A stretch of DNA of 64,000 bases from Candidatus Eiseniibacteriota bacterium (lineage in GTDB: Bacteria > Eisenbacteria > RBG-16-71-46 > JABDJR01), in the NCBI GenBank assembly GCA_963768615.1, contig CAVYIE010000007.1, positions 1,356,648 through 1,420,647 on the forward strand, in the 5' to 3' direction. The notes beneath the pieces were generated by a model. The model saw nothing but the letters and a program-made list of their open reading frames with translations, did not search any database and was not told where the DNA came from. Of the stretch, positions 1 to 8,346 are shown piece by piece. Position 1 is the stretch's first letter; each line of letters begins with the position of its first letter. The translations under genes and the position numbers were made by a program.

Positions 1-1
1 G

Positions 2-229
2 GAGAAACTCGAGGACGAGATCGGGGATCTCCTCTACTCGGTGGTGAACCTGGCCCGCTACCTGCGGGTGGACCCGGAGCGGGCCCTCCGGGGCACCACG
101 GCCAAGTTCACCCGCCGCTTCCGCTACATCGAGGAGCGGCTGCACGAGCGGGGGCTGAGCCCGGAACGGGCCGGCCTGGAGGCCATGGACGCCCTCTGGA
201 ACGAGGCCAAGGCCGAAGGCGTGGACTGA
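2..229 (+). CDS. mazG: Nucleoside triphosphate pyrophosphohydrolase MazG, C-terminal part (truncated at window edge)
   Basis: Frame open from base 2: EKLEDEIGDLLYSVVNLARYLRVDPERALRGTTAKFTRRFRYIE...LEAMDALWNEAK, the typical second MazG domain. Confidence 0.9.
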   Translation, partial: EKLEDEIGDLLYSVVNLARYLRVDPERALRGTTAKFTRRFRYIEERLHERGLSPERAGLEAMDALWNEAKAEGVD

Positions 230-248
230 CCGGTTCCGGCGGCCGGAT

Positions 249-845
249 TCATTGAACCCGGCCGGTGGTCCCGCTGGACGAGCTCCCCTTCCGCACCCGC
301 TTGGTGGAGACGAAGACGATCTCCGCCCGCTCGCCGCCGGTGTTCCGGAACCCGTGGGGACGATCGGCGCGGAAATGCAGCGCATCGCCCGGCTCCAGGG
401 TGAAGGACCGGTCGCCGACCCGGAATTCGACCCGTCCCCGGAGCAGGTAGGCCCCCTCCTCCCCCGCGTGGGCCTCGTAGTCCACTTCCCGGCCGTCGCC
501 CGGGTCGAGATGGAGAAGGTAGGCGTTAAGGCGGCCGCCGGAGATTCCCGGGGTGAGGTACTCGCCCCGGACCTTGATCGCTTCCTCCGGAAGGGGCTGC
601 CGATCGTGGTGGCGCACCACCGCGATCTCGTTCAGCTCCTCTTCTTCCAGGAAGAAGGACGTTTCCTTGCCCAGGGCCTCGGCGATGCGGACCAGGGCTC
701 CGATGGTGGGAGAGGTCTTGCCCCGCTCGATCTCGGAGATATGGGTGGCCGAGAACCCGGAGATCCGCTCCAGTTCCTTGAGGGTCAGTCCCCGTTGCTT
801 GCGCACGTTGCGGATCCGGCTGCCCAGATCCTCCTTGGTGATCAT
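249..845 (-). CDS. XRE-family HTH regulator with C-terminal cupin domain
   Basis: MITKEDLGSRIRNVRKQRGLTLKEL...SEIERGKTSPT HTH plus cupin (HAGEEGAYLLRG...PGDALHF...PHGFRN); start set at ATG 845 inside the longer 249..1475 ORF. Confidence 0.9.
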   Translation of the reverse strand: MITKEDLGSRIRNVRKQRGLTLKELERISGFSATHISEIERGKTSPTIGALVRIAEALGKETSFFLEEEELNEIAVVRHHDRQPLPEEAIKVRGEYLTPGISGGRLNAYLLHLDPGDGREVDYEAHAGEEGAYLLRGRVEFRVGDRSFTLEPGDALHFRADRPHGFRNTGGERAEIVFVSTKRVRKGSSSSGTTGRVQ

Positions 846-862
846 GTCCGGTCCTCCCCGCC

Positions 863-1420
863 CTACATCGTGAATCGAGGCCAGTTCGCCCAGAACACCC
901 GGCAGAGGCGGTTTCCCAGATTGATGAGCTTCACCGGCAAGGATGCCTTGAAGTGGATGCTGTCCCCGGTTTCGAGCCGGAAGCTCTCCTCGCCCACGTC
1001 CACGCGGAGGGTCCCCTCGATGATGAGAAGGAACTTGTCCCCGGGGCGGGGGGGGCGCACCAGCGGCTCGGCGCTTCCCGGCTCCAGGTCCAGCACGAAC
1101 AGGGAGAGTTCCGCGTAGGGCCTTTCGGTGGTGAGGATCTCCCAGGCGGCCCCGTTGTTGCCGTTGGTGACCCGGTCCCGGCTGCCGTCCCGGGTGTAGG
1201 AGACGTCGTCTCCCACCGGCAGGTCGACCAGGAAGGAGGGATTCACCTGGAGCGCCTCGGCGATCTTCCCCAGGGCCCCCACCGTGGGGGAGGTCTTGCC
1301 CCGCTCGATTTCCGAAACGTGGGTCGCGGAGACCCCGACGCGGGATTCGATGTCCTTGAGAGTGAAGCCCTGGGACAGGCGGAGCTGCTTGATTCGGCGA
1401 CCCAGTTCGAGGTTGTTCAT
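863..1420 (-). CDS. XRE-family HTH regulator with C-terminal cupin domain (paralog of neighbour)
   Basis: MNNLELGRRIKQLRLSQGFTLKDI...SEIERGKTSPT HTH plus cupin (IEGTLRVDVG...GDSIHF); start at 1420 or 1435. Confidence 0.9.
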   Translation of the reverse strand: MNNLELGRRIKQLRLSQGFTLKDIESRVGVSATHVSEIERGKTSPTVGALGKIAEALQVNPSFLVDLPVGDDVSYTRDGSRDRVTNGNNGAAWEILTTERPYAELSLFVLDLEPGSAEPLVRPPRPGDKFLLIIEGTLRVDVGEESFRLETGDSIHFKASLPVKLINLGNRLCRVFWANWPRFTM

Positions 1421-1491
1421 CTCGGTACTTCCCATTCCTGCCCCGCGGAACCGAGGGGGTTATCGGTCCCTGCAAATCGAAGGGCCGCTAA

Positions 1492-1520
1492 AGCTTATCT
1501 TCTAATAATCTCTTGGTCAA
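1492..1520 (-). promoter_or_regulatory. Sigma70-type promoter for the XRE-cupin pair
   Basis: Minus strand TTGACC-17 nt-TAAGCT in an AT-rich intergenic stretch. Confidence 0.65.
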
Positions 1521-1690
1521 TAAAAAGTGCGCCCCATTGATTTTGTAAAACTGACCGACACCGTTTGCAGGAATCCCATCATTATCTTTGCCGTCCGAAT
1601 TAAGGGATATGTGAGCCCCTGGCCCGCCCGGACCGGGAGATCCGTGCCCCTCCCCGGACGGAGGAATAGCCGTCCCGGCCGGGGGTAGGA

Positions 1691-1719
1691 TTGATCGGGG
1701 CCCGGGGGTGGGGTATACT
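1691..1719 (+). promoter_or_regulatory. Sigma70-type promoter for the 3D-domain gene
   Basis: TTGATC-17 nt-TATACT. Confidence 0.6.
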
Positions 1720-1826
1720 TATTCATCTCAATCGAACTCTCTTGAGCACCTGAATCGCTTTTGACCACGCGCCCCACCCGCGTCGGTTTCGTTCCCGACC
1801 CCCGGAGACCCGAGTCGAGGACCATC

Positions 1827-2426
1827 ATGACCCAGCGAGCGGACATCCCCATAGGATCGCGACCCGGACGGCGCGCCCTGGCCGCCCTGCTGGTCGGGGT
1901 GGGTTTCCTCATCGTGGGCTTCAGCGGCTTCGGGGCCTCCTCCGGGGCCCCGTCCTTCCGGAGCCTGCTCCCCGACGGCGTGCCCGCGTTCAGCCTCCAG
2001 GGGCCGCCCCCGGAGGCGGCCCCCACCGGGCCCCGGCACCTGTTCCGGATCCCGGTGACGGTGACCGGCTACAGCAGCACCGCGGACCAGACCGACGACA
2101 CCCCGTTCACCACCGCCGCCAACACCCGGGTCCGGTCCGGGGTGATCGCGCTTTCCCGGGACCTCCTGCGGGAGTTCACGCCGGGGGCGCCCTTCGCCTT
2201 CGGGGATCTCCTGGAGATCGAAGGGGTGGGCGTGTTCCGGGTCGAGGACACCATGGCCCTCCGGTTCCGGCACCGGGCCGACATCTGGTTCTCCACCCGC
2301 ACCGCCGCCCAGCGGTGGGGATGCCAGCGTCTGCAGCTGGCCAAGCTCACCCGCGAGGCCCGGCACCGGGAGGAGACCCTGCAACGGCGGAGCCTGCCCC
2401 TCTTCGAGGCCGCGGTCGCCGACTAG
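1827..2426 (+). CDS. 3D (Asp-Asp-Asp) domain protein, putative membrane-anchored lytic transglycosylase-like protein
   Basis: N-terminal hydrophobic segment; VTGYSS..QTDDTPFTTA, IALSRDLL, VEDTM and ADIW motifs. Confidence 0.85.
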   Translation: MTQRADIPIGSRPGRRALAALLVGVGFLIVGFSGFGASSGAPSFRSLLPDGVPAFSLQGPPPEAAPTGPRHLFRIPVTVTGYSSTADQTDDTPFTTAANTRVRSGVIALSRDLLREFTPGAPFAFGDLLEIEGVGVFRVEDTMALRFRHRADIWFSTRTAAQRWGCQRLQLAKLTREARHREETLQRRSLPLFEAAVAD

Positions 2427-2458
2427 CAGGCGGCCGGCGTCCTTCCCGCCGGTTGCCC

Positions 2459-2824
2459 TCACACCGTCTCCGGCGGGTTCCCGTCCCCGTCCCGGTGGGT
2501 GTACTTGATCACCTCCACCCGCTCCAGGGTGATGAGCCCCTCGTGGATCATGCCGTCCAGGGTGGGCAACAGGGCCCGGATCCGGTCCTCGGTGTCCACC
2601 ACCTCGATCACCACCGGGAGATCCTGGGACAGCCGGAGGATCCGGGCGGTGTGGATGCGGCTGTGGGCCCCGAACCCCTCCACCCCCTTCAGCACCGTGG
2701 CCCCGGCCATGCCCTCGGAGCGGAAGAAGGCGACCAGGGCATCATAGAGGGGACGCCCCTCGTGGACGTCGTCCTCCCCCACGAAGATCCGGAGCAGCAT
2801 CCCCGGACCGGTCAGCCGTGTCAT
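2459..2824 (-). CDS. DUF190 family (PII-like) protein
   Basis: LLRIFVGEDD..GRPLY...GATVLKGVEGFG...LSQDLPVVIEVVD; usual crcB neighbour. Confidence 0.9.
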   Translation of the reverse strand: MTRLTGPGMLLRIFVGEDDVHEGRPLYDALVAFFRSEGMAGATVLKGVEGFGAHSRIHTARILRLSQDLPVVIEVVDTEDRIRALLPTLDGMIHEGLITLERVEVIKYTHRDGDGNPPETV

Positions 2825-2858
2825 GAGCGACTCCTCTCCGCCGCGCCAGGGCCGCGGC

Positions 2859-3242
2859 TCACGTCCAACGCGAAGCGGCCAGGCCCAGGAATACCGCGAC
2901 CAGGCCCAGGCCGAGGTGCAAGCCCATGTAGGCGCCGGCCCCCCCCAGGCTCCCTTCCCGGACCAGGTTGCCCGATTCCAGGGCGAAGGTGCTGTAGGTG
3001 GTGAACGCGCCCATGAACCCGACTCCCCACAGGAGCCGCCAGGCCGCGGGAGCGGTGGACCGCTCCCAGCGTCCGGCCAGGTAGCCGAGCAGGAAGCACC
3101 CCAGGAGGTTCACGGTCAGGGTGCCCCAGGGAAAGCGCGACCCGGCCAGGCGCTGGACCCAGCCCGATACCGCGTACCGGGACACGGCCCCCAGCGCACC
3201 GCCCAGGGCCACCGCGGCCAGGTTCTTCAATCCCGGGCTCAT
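2859..3242 (-). CDS. crcB: Fluoride efflux channel CrcB/Fluc
   Basis: GGALGAVSRY, FPWGTLTVNLLGCF and GFMGAFTTYSTF motifs; 4 TM. Confidence 0.95.
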   Translation of the reverse strand: MSPGLKNLAAVALGGALGAVSRYAVSGWVQRLAGSRFPWGTLTVNLLGCFLLGYLAGRWERSTAPAAWRLLWGVGFMGAFTTYSTFALESGNLVREGSLGGAGAYMGLHLGLGLVAVFLGLAASRWT

Positions 3243-3270
3243 TCGCGGCCCTCCGCTCCCGGACTGCCGG

Positions 3271-4188
3271 TCATCCTTCCCCCCGTTCCAGGCTGTCGTG
3301 GATCCTCCGGTAGGAATCGTACCGGTGGGGGGCGATCCCCCCCGCCGCCACCGCCTCCTTGATCGCGCACCCCGGCTCGGCCAGGTGCCGGCAGTCCTGG
3401 AAGCGGCATTCCGGCGCCCGGCGGATCATCTCCGGGAAGTGCGCGGCCAGGGCCGACGGATCGAGCCCGGACAGGTCCAGCACCCTCAACCCGGGGCTGT
3501 CGACCAGGCTGCCTCCGCCGGGCAGGTCCAGCATCTCCACCCAGGTGGTGGTGTGGCGGCCCTTGCCGGTGCGGTCGCTGACCTCTCCCACCCGCAAGCC
3601 GGCCCCGGGAACCAGGCGGTTGATGAGGCTGCTCTTGCCCGCGCCCGAGGGCCCCAGGAGGACCCCGGTGCCGCCGCCGATCCGCGCCCGGAGCGCCTCC
3701 AGGCCCGCCCCGGTGCGCGCGGAGAGGAACAGGACCGGGTATCCCAGCTCCGGGTACACGCCCAGGCCGGGATGCTGCCGCACCGCCGGGTCCAGGTCCA
3801 CCTTGTTGAGGCAGACGGCGGCGGGAATGCCCGCGTGGGAAGCCAGCACCAGGTACCGGTCCAGGGTGGCCGGCTTCCATTCCGGATCGCGCACCGAGAG
3901 GACCACCGCGGCCAGGTCCAGGTTGGCGGCCAGGATCTGGCGCTTGCCCGGCCGTCCGGAGGCGGGCCGGCCGAGGGCGTTCCGCCGGGGAAGCACCTCC
4001 TCCATTTGGGCCTCGTCGCCGGCCAGGCTCACCCGCACCCGGTCCCCCACCGCCACCGGGTCCACCGACGCCGGGTCCCGGTGCCGGAGGCGCTTGGGCA
4101 GGTGGGCGGGCCGGTCCCGGCCTCCCACCCGCACGGTGAAGGCCCGGCTCCGGACCCGCACCACCAGACCTTCCGCTTGCGCCGTCAT
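3271..4188 (-). CDS. rsgA: Ribosome small subunit-dependent GTPase A
   Basis: Circularly permuted GTPase NKVD, GPSGAGKSS, GRHTT, DSPG; Zn finger CRFQDCRHLAEPGC. Confidence 0.95.
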   Translation of the reverse strand: MTAQAEGLVVRVRSRAFTVRVGGRDRPAHLPKRLRHRDPASVDPVAVGDRVRVSLAGDEAQMEEVLPRRNALGRPASGRPGKRQILAANLDLAAVVLSVRDPEWKPATLDRYLVLASHAGIPAAVCLNKVDLDPAVRQHPGLGVYPELGYPVLFLSARTGAGLEALRARIGGGTGVLLGPSGAGKSSLINRLVPGAGLRVGEVSDRTGKGRHTTTWVEMLDLPGGGSLVDSPGLRVLDLSGLDPSALAAHFPEMIRRAPECRFQDCRHLAEPGCAIKEAVAAGGIAPHRYDSYRRIHDSLERGEG

Positions 4189-4207
4189 GGTCGCCGAGTC
4201 TATGCGT

Positions 4208-5104
4208 TCACCGGTCCGGGCGGTAGCCGTGATCCGGCCGGTCCGGCGCGGCGGGGCCGGAGCGGGACCCGCAGCGGTAGGCATAGGCCTGGGTGAATTC
4301 GGCCCCGAAGAAGAGGATCTGGGCCGAGTAGTAGACCCAGATCAGGATCACGGCCAGGGAACCGGCCGCTCCGTAGCTGGAGGCGATGCTGGAGTTGCCG
4401 AGATAGAGCCCGATGGCGAACTTGCCCGCCGCGAACAGGACCGCGGTGAGCGCCGCCCCCCACCACACGTCCTTCCAGGCCACCTCGGTGTCGGGAATGT
4501 ACCGGAAGATGAAGGCGAAGAGGCCGGTGACCACGGCCAGGTCCAAGAGCACGTTCACCCAGCGGAGAAGGTCGAACCACTCCGGAAGCACCCCCCCGGC
4601 GAGGTGGCCGGCGGCGGAGAGGGCGGCGGAGATGACCAGCGAGGTGAGGAGGAGGAAGCCGGTGCCCAGCACCATGGCGAAGCTCACCGCCCGGTCCTTG
4701 AGGAGGGTCTGCCACCAGCTTCCCTTCCGTTCCCGGACCTTCCAAAGCATGTTCATGGCGTCCTGGAGCATGTTGAACACCCCCAGGGCGGCGAAGAAGA
4801 GCGCCCCCACCCCGATCGCCGTGGGGAGGATGCCCGCTCCGGGCCGGCGGGCGTTGCGGAGAAGGGCCGAGACCGCCTCGGCGCCCTGCTTCCCGATCAG
4901 TCCCCGGACCTGGTCCACGATCTCGCCCCGGGCCGCCTCCTCGCCGAACACGGCGCCGGCGATGGCGATGCCGATGACCAGGAGGGGGGCCAGGGAGAAG
5001 GCGGTGTAGAAGGCCAGGGCCGCGGCCAGGCGGTGGGCCCGGTCGGCCCGCCAGTCCAGGTAGGTGGTCTTGAGGAGCTCCCAGGCGGTGCGGTACCGGC
5101 TCAT
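4208..5104 (-). CDS. YihY/virulence factor BrkB family membrane protein
   Basis: AAALAFYTAFSLAP, YGAAGSLAVILIWVYYSAQILFFGAE. Confidence 0.93.
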   Translation of the reverse strand: MSRYRTAWELLKTTYLDWRADRAHRLAAALAFYTAFSLAPLLVIGIAIAGAVFGEEAARGEIVDQVRGLIGKQGAEAVSALLRNARRPGAGILPTAIGVGALFFAALGVFNMLQDAMNMLWKVRERKGSWWQTLLKDRAVSFAMVLGTGFLLLTSLVISAALSAAGHLAGGVLPEWFDLLRWVNVLLDLAVVTGLFAFIFRYIPDTEVAWKDVWWGAALTAVLFAAGKFAIGLYLGNSSIASSYGAAGSLAVILIWVYYSAQILFFGAEFTQAYAYRCGSRSGPAAPDRPDHGYRPDR

Positions 5105-5190
5105 GACGCTCCGCGGGATGGGGGCCGGCGGGACGGACTGCTCATACCGTCAGCATACCGGGCACCGGGTCCGCCGATCCAGCCGCGGTC

Positions 5191-6343
5191 TCAGTAGCGC
5201 GGGAGGGAGGGGTCGACCTCCTCCGCCCAGGCCAGGATGCCCCCGTGCAGGTTGGCCACCCGCGGGAAGCCGGCGTCCAGCAGCATCCGGGCCGCCCGGG
5301 CGCTTCGCACCCCGGACCGGCAGACCACCACGATCTCCGCCCCCCGGTCCAGCTCGTCCAGCCGCGCCGGGAGCTCGCCCAGCGGCACCGCGTGCGCCCC
5401 GGGGATGCGGGCGATCTCCAGCTCGAAGGGCTCGCGGACGTCGAGGAGGAGCACCGCGTCCAGGCGCCGCCGGAGCTCGCGCGACATTCATCTCCGGCAC
5501 CGCGGTCCCAGCGCCGGCGGCCCCGCAGAAGGCTTCGTAATCGATGAGGGAGGTGACGGTGGGGTGCTCCCCGCACACCGGGCAGGCCGGGTCCCGGGCC
5601 AGGCGGAGGGAGCGGAATTCCAGGGCCAGGGCGTCGAAGAGGAGGATGCGGCCCACCAGCGGATCCCCGATCCCCAGCAGCAGCTTGACCGTCTCGTTGG
5701 CCTGGAGGGTGCCGATGATGCCGGGGAGGATGCCGAGCACCCCCCCCTCGGCGCAGCTCGGCACCGAGCCCGGGGGCGGGGGCTCCGGGAACAGGCACCG
5801 GTAGCAGGGGCCCCGGGCGGCGTCGAACACCGCCACCTGCCCCTCGAAGCGGAACACGCTCCCGTAGACGTCGGGCTTTCCCAGCAGGACGCAGGCGTCG
5901 TTGACCAGGTAGCGGGTGGGGAAGTTGTCGGTGCCGTCCACCACCACGTCGTAGCCGTCCAGGATCCCGAGCGCGTTGTCCGAGGCCAGCCGGACCGGGT
6001 GGGGAACCACCTCCACGTGGGGGTTCACCGCCGCGATCTTCTCCCCGGCCGAGTCCAGCTTGGGGCGCCCGATGTCCCCGGTGGTGTGGATGATCTGGCG
6101 CTGGAGGTTGGTCTCGTCCACGGTGTCGAAGTCCACCAGCCCCAGCCGGCCCACCCCGGCCGCGGCCAGGTACAGGGCGAGGGGGGAACCGAGGCCCCCG
6201 GCCCCCACCAGGAGGACCGAGGAGCGCTTGAGGCGCTGCTGCCCCTCCTTGCCCACCTGGGGGATGAGGAGATGGCGGCTGTAGCGGCGAAGCTCCTCCA
6301 CGGAGAGCCCCGCGGCGGGTTCGCGGTGATCACGGTCGGTCAT
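5191..6343 (-). CDS. moeB: MoeB/ThiF E1-like adenylyltransferase with C-terminal rhodanese (MoeZ type); apparent frameshift near 5482
   Basis: RYSRHL, GAGGLG, SVFRFEGQ, CYRC, CPVC; the rhodanese (LLDVREPFE...CRSGVRS) continues in another frame after VPEMNV. Confidence 0.9.
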
Positions 6344-6780
6344 GCGGGGATCCCCCTTCCGGCCCTCTCTCCAGGATATCCCTCCAGGGGGACGGGATCG
6401 AAGCGGGAACGGTCCGGCCGCAGCCGCCAGGCCTCGGCGGTCCCCGCCCCGGCCAGGATGAGGTGCACGCAGCCCGGGAGCGCGTGGCGGCGATCGGTCC
6501 CGGAGGGGCGGCTTCCCCCTTCGGGGTGGGAGTGGTAGAACCCCACCACCTCCTCCCCCGCGCTCCGGGCGGCCAGCTCGGCGGCCAGATACTCCGCCGG
6601 GGCGATGCGGAAGCGGCCGCGGGCCCGGCCGGGGGCGGCGTTGGCCGCCCGCCGCACTCCGGTCACCCGGACGGGGCCGGGACCGGGGCGGCCGAGCAGG
6701 AACCCGCAGCACTCGCGGGGGCGCGCCTCGGCGGCATGGCGGCGGAGGCGGCGGAGGTCGCCGGCGGAGATGGCGAGCAC
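6340..6780 (-). CDS. JAB/Mov34 (M67) metallopeptidase, Mec+-like
   Basis: PRECCGFLLG and GFYHSHPEGGSRPSGTD (E...HxHx7Sx2D); stop overlaps the MoeZ start (ATGA); start codon uncertain. Confidence 0.88.
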   Translation of the reverse strand: MLAISAGDLRRLRRHAAEARPRECCGFLLGRPGPGPVRVTGVRRAANAAPGRARGRFRIAPAEYLAAELAARSAGEEVVGFYHSHPEGGSRPSGTDRRHALPGCVHLILAGAGTAEAWRLRPDRSRFDPVPLEGYPGERAGRGIPA

Positions 6781-6827
6781 GGGCGGAGGGTCGCCGGCGA
6801 AGCCGGGCGCGCTCTCCCGGGGCGGAT

Positions 6828-7901
6828 TCAGATCGACTCCGGCCGCCGGGGAAGGATCCTGAGGGCGCCGGCCGGACCTCCGGTCAGCCGCCCGATCACC
6901 GCCGCCGCGACGCCGGCCGCCTCCAGGGCCCGGGTGAGCGCGTCCGCCGAGGCCTCGGGGACGGCGAGCAGGAGCCCGCCGGAGGTCTGGGCGTCGGCCA
7001 GGATCAGGCGGTCGGCCTCGGCCAGGCCGGAATCGAACACGGCGCGGCCGTCCAGGTAGGCCAGGTTCTTCCGCGAACCGCCCGGGACCACCCGGTCGGC
7101 GATGAGCTCGCGGACCCGGGGCTCGAACAGGACCGGCACTTCCTTCGCCCACACCTCGGCCCCGGTGCCCGAGGCCCGGGCCAGCTCCAGGAGATGGCCG
7201 AGGAGGCCGTAGCCGGTGACGTCGGTGGCGGCGTGCACCCCCGCCTTCCGGGCCGCCTGGGCCGGAGCCCGGTTCAGGGTGGCCATCTGGGCCACCACCG
7301 CCTCGATCTCGTCCTCCGGGAGGCGGTCCCGCTTGATGGCGGTGGTGAGGATTCCCACTCCCAGGGGCTTGGTCAGCACCAGCAGGTCCCCGGCGCGCCC
7401 CCCGGAGTTGAGGAGGATCCGGTCCGGGTGCACCCGGCCGGTGACGGCCAGCCCGAACTTGGGTTCGGGGTCGTCGATGGAGTGGCCGCCCAGGACCGCC
7501 ACCCCGGCCTCGATGCACTTGTCCCCCGCCCCCTGCAGGATGCGGTGGAGGATGCCGGGGTCCAGGGTGTCGATGGGGAAGCCGACGATGTTGAGGGCCA
7601 TGAAGGGCTCGGCCCCCATGGCGTAGACGTCGCTCATGGCGTTGGCCGCGGCCACCGCCCCGAAGGCGTAGGGGTCGTTCACGACGGGGGTGAAGAAGTC
7701 CACGGTCTGGACCAGGGCCAGCTCGGGGCTCACCCGGTACACGCCGGCGTCGTCGGCGGTCTCGTTGCCGAGCAGCACGTTGGGATCGTCGAGTCTGGGA
7801 AGCCCTTCCAGCACCTGGACGAGCGCGCCTTGCGCGATCTTGCAGGCTCAGCCGGCGCCGTGGCTCAGGGAGGTCAGCTTGACCACGTCTTCTCCGCTCA
7901 T
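6828..7901 (-). CDS. selD: Selenide, water dikinase (selenophosphate synthetase); selenoprotein with UGA=Sec at 7850-7848
   Basis: ATG 7901 reads MSGEDVVKLTSLSHGAG-TGA-ACKIAQ in frame with DDAGVY, TVDFFTP, AANAMSDVYAMG, TDVTGYGL, DAQTSGGLL. Confidence 0.96.
7814..7846 (-). promoter_or_regulatory. Putative bacterial SECIS hairpin of selD
   Basis: 3' of the UGA: CCUG..GA..GCGC[AAGGC]GCGC UC..CAGG; apical loop starts 16 nt after the UGA. Confidence 0.55.
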
Positions 7902-7932
7902 GGGAGAAGGGTAGAGGGACCACGGTCCCCGG

Positions 7933-8346
7933 TCAACGTGGTCCGGTGGCCGGATCGGGTCCCGGGCGGGGCCAGAGCACGGCATGGAGCACGCCCCAGC
8001 CCAGGTCCACCGACCCCAGCACCAGGTAGAGCCAGGCCGCTCCGGGCCGGGCGGCGAGGGCGAGAAGGAGGAGGATCGCTCCCCCGGCGCTCCGGGCCCA
8101 CAGCACCGGGAACCGGAAGGGGCCCGGGTCGGGGGCCCGGGCCGCGGCCAGGTAGAGGGCGGGCAGCACCAGGAGCGGAAGGGCGGCCAGCCGGAGGTGG
8201 AAGGCCCCCGGCGGAACCGGCGCCCCCAGGGCGGCCAGGACCGCGGGGCCGGCGGCGAGGATGAACGCCCCCAGGACCAGGTCGTAGGCCGCCCCCGCGA
8301 CCAGGCTCCCCCGGAGGGCGCCCTCCCGTCCCCGGCCGGTGGTCAC
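7933..8346 (-). CDS. Small hypothetical membrane protein (~4 TM)
   Basis: Hydrophobic C-terminal part of ORF 7933..9744; GTG start overlaps the OPT stop (GTGA). Confidence 0.75.
   Translation of the reverse strand: MTTGRGREGALRGSLVAGAAYDLVLGAFILAAGPAVLAALGAPVPPGAFHLRLAALPLLVLPALYLAAARAPDPGPFRFPVLWARSAGGAILLLLALAARPGAAWLYLVLGSVDLGWGVLHAVLWPRPGPDPATGPR

Noticed and set aside
3243-3300. Fluoride riboswitch upstream of crcB
   Set aside because: Only 28 nt separate rsgA and crcB, and no consensus is visible
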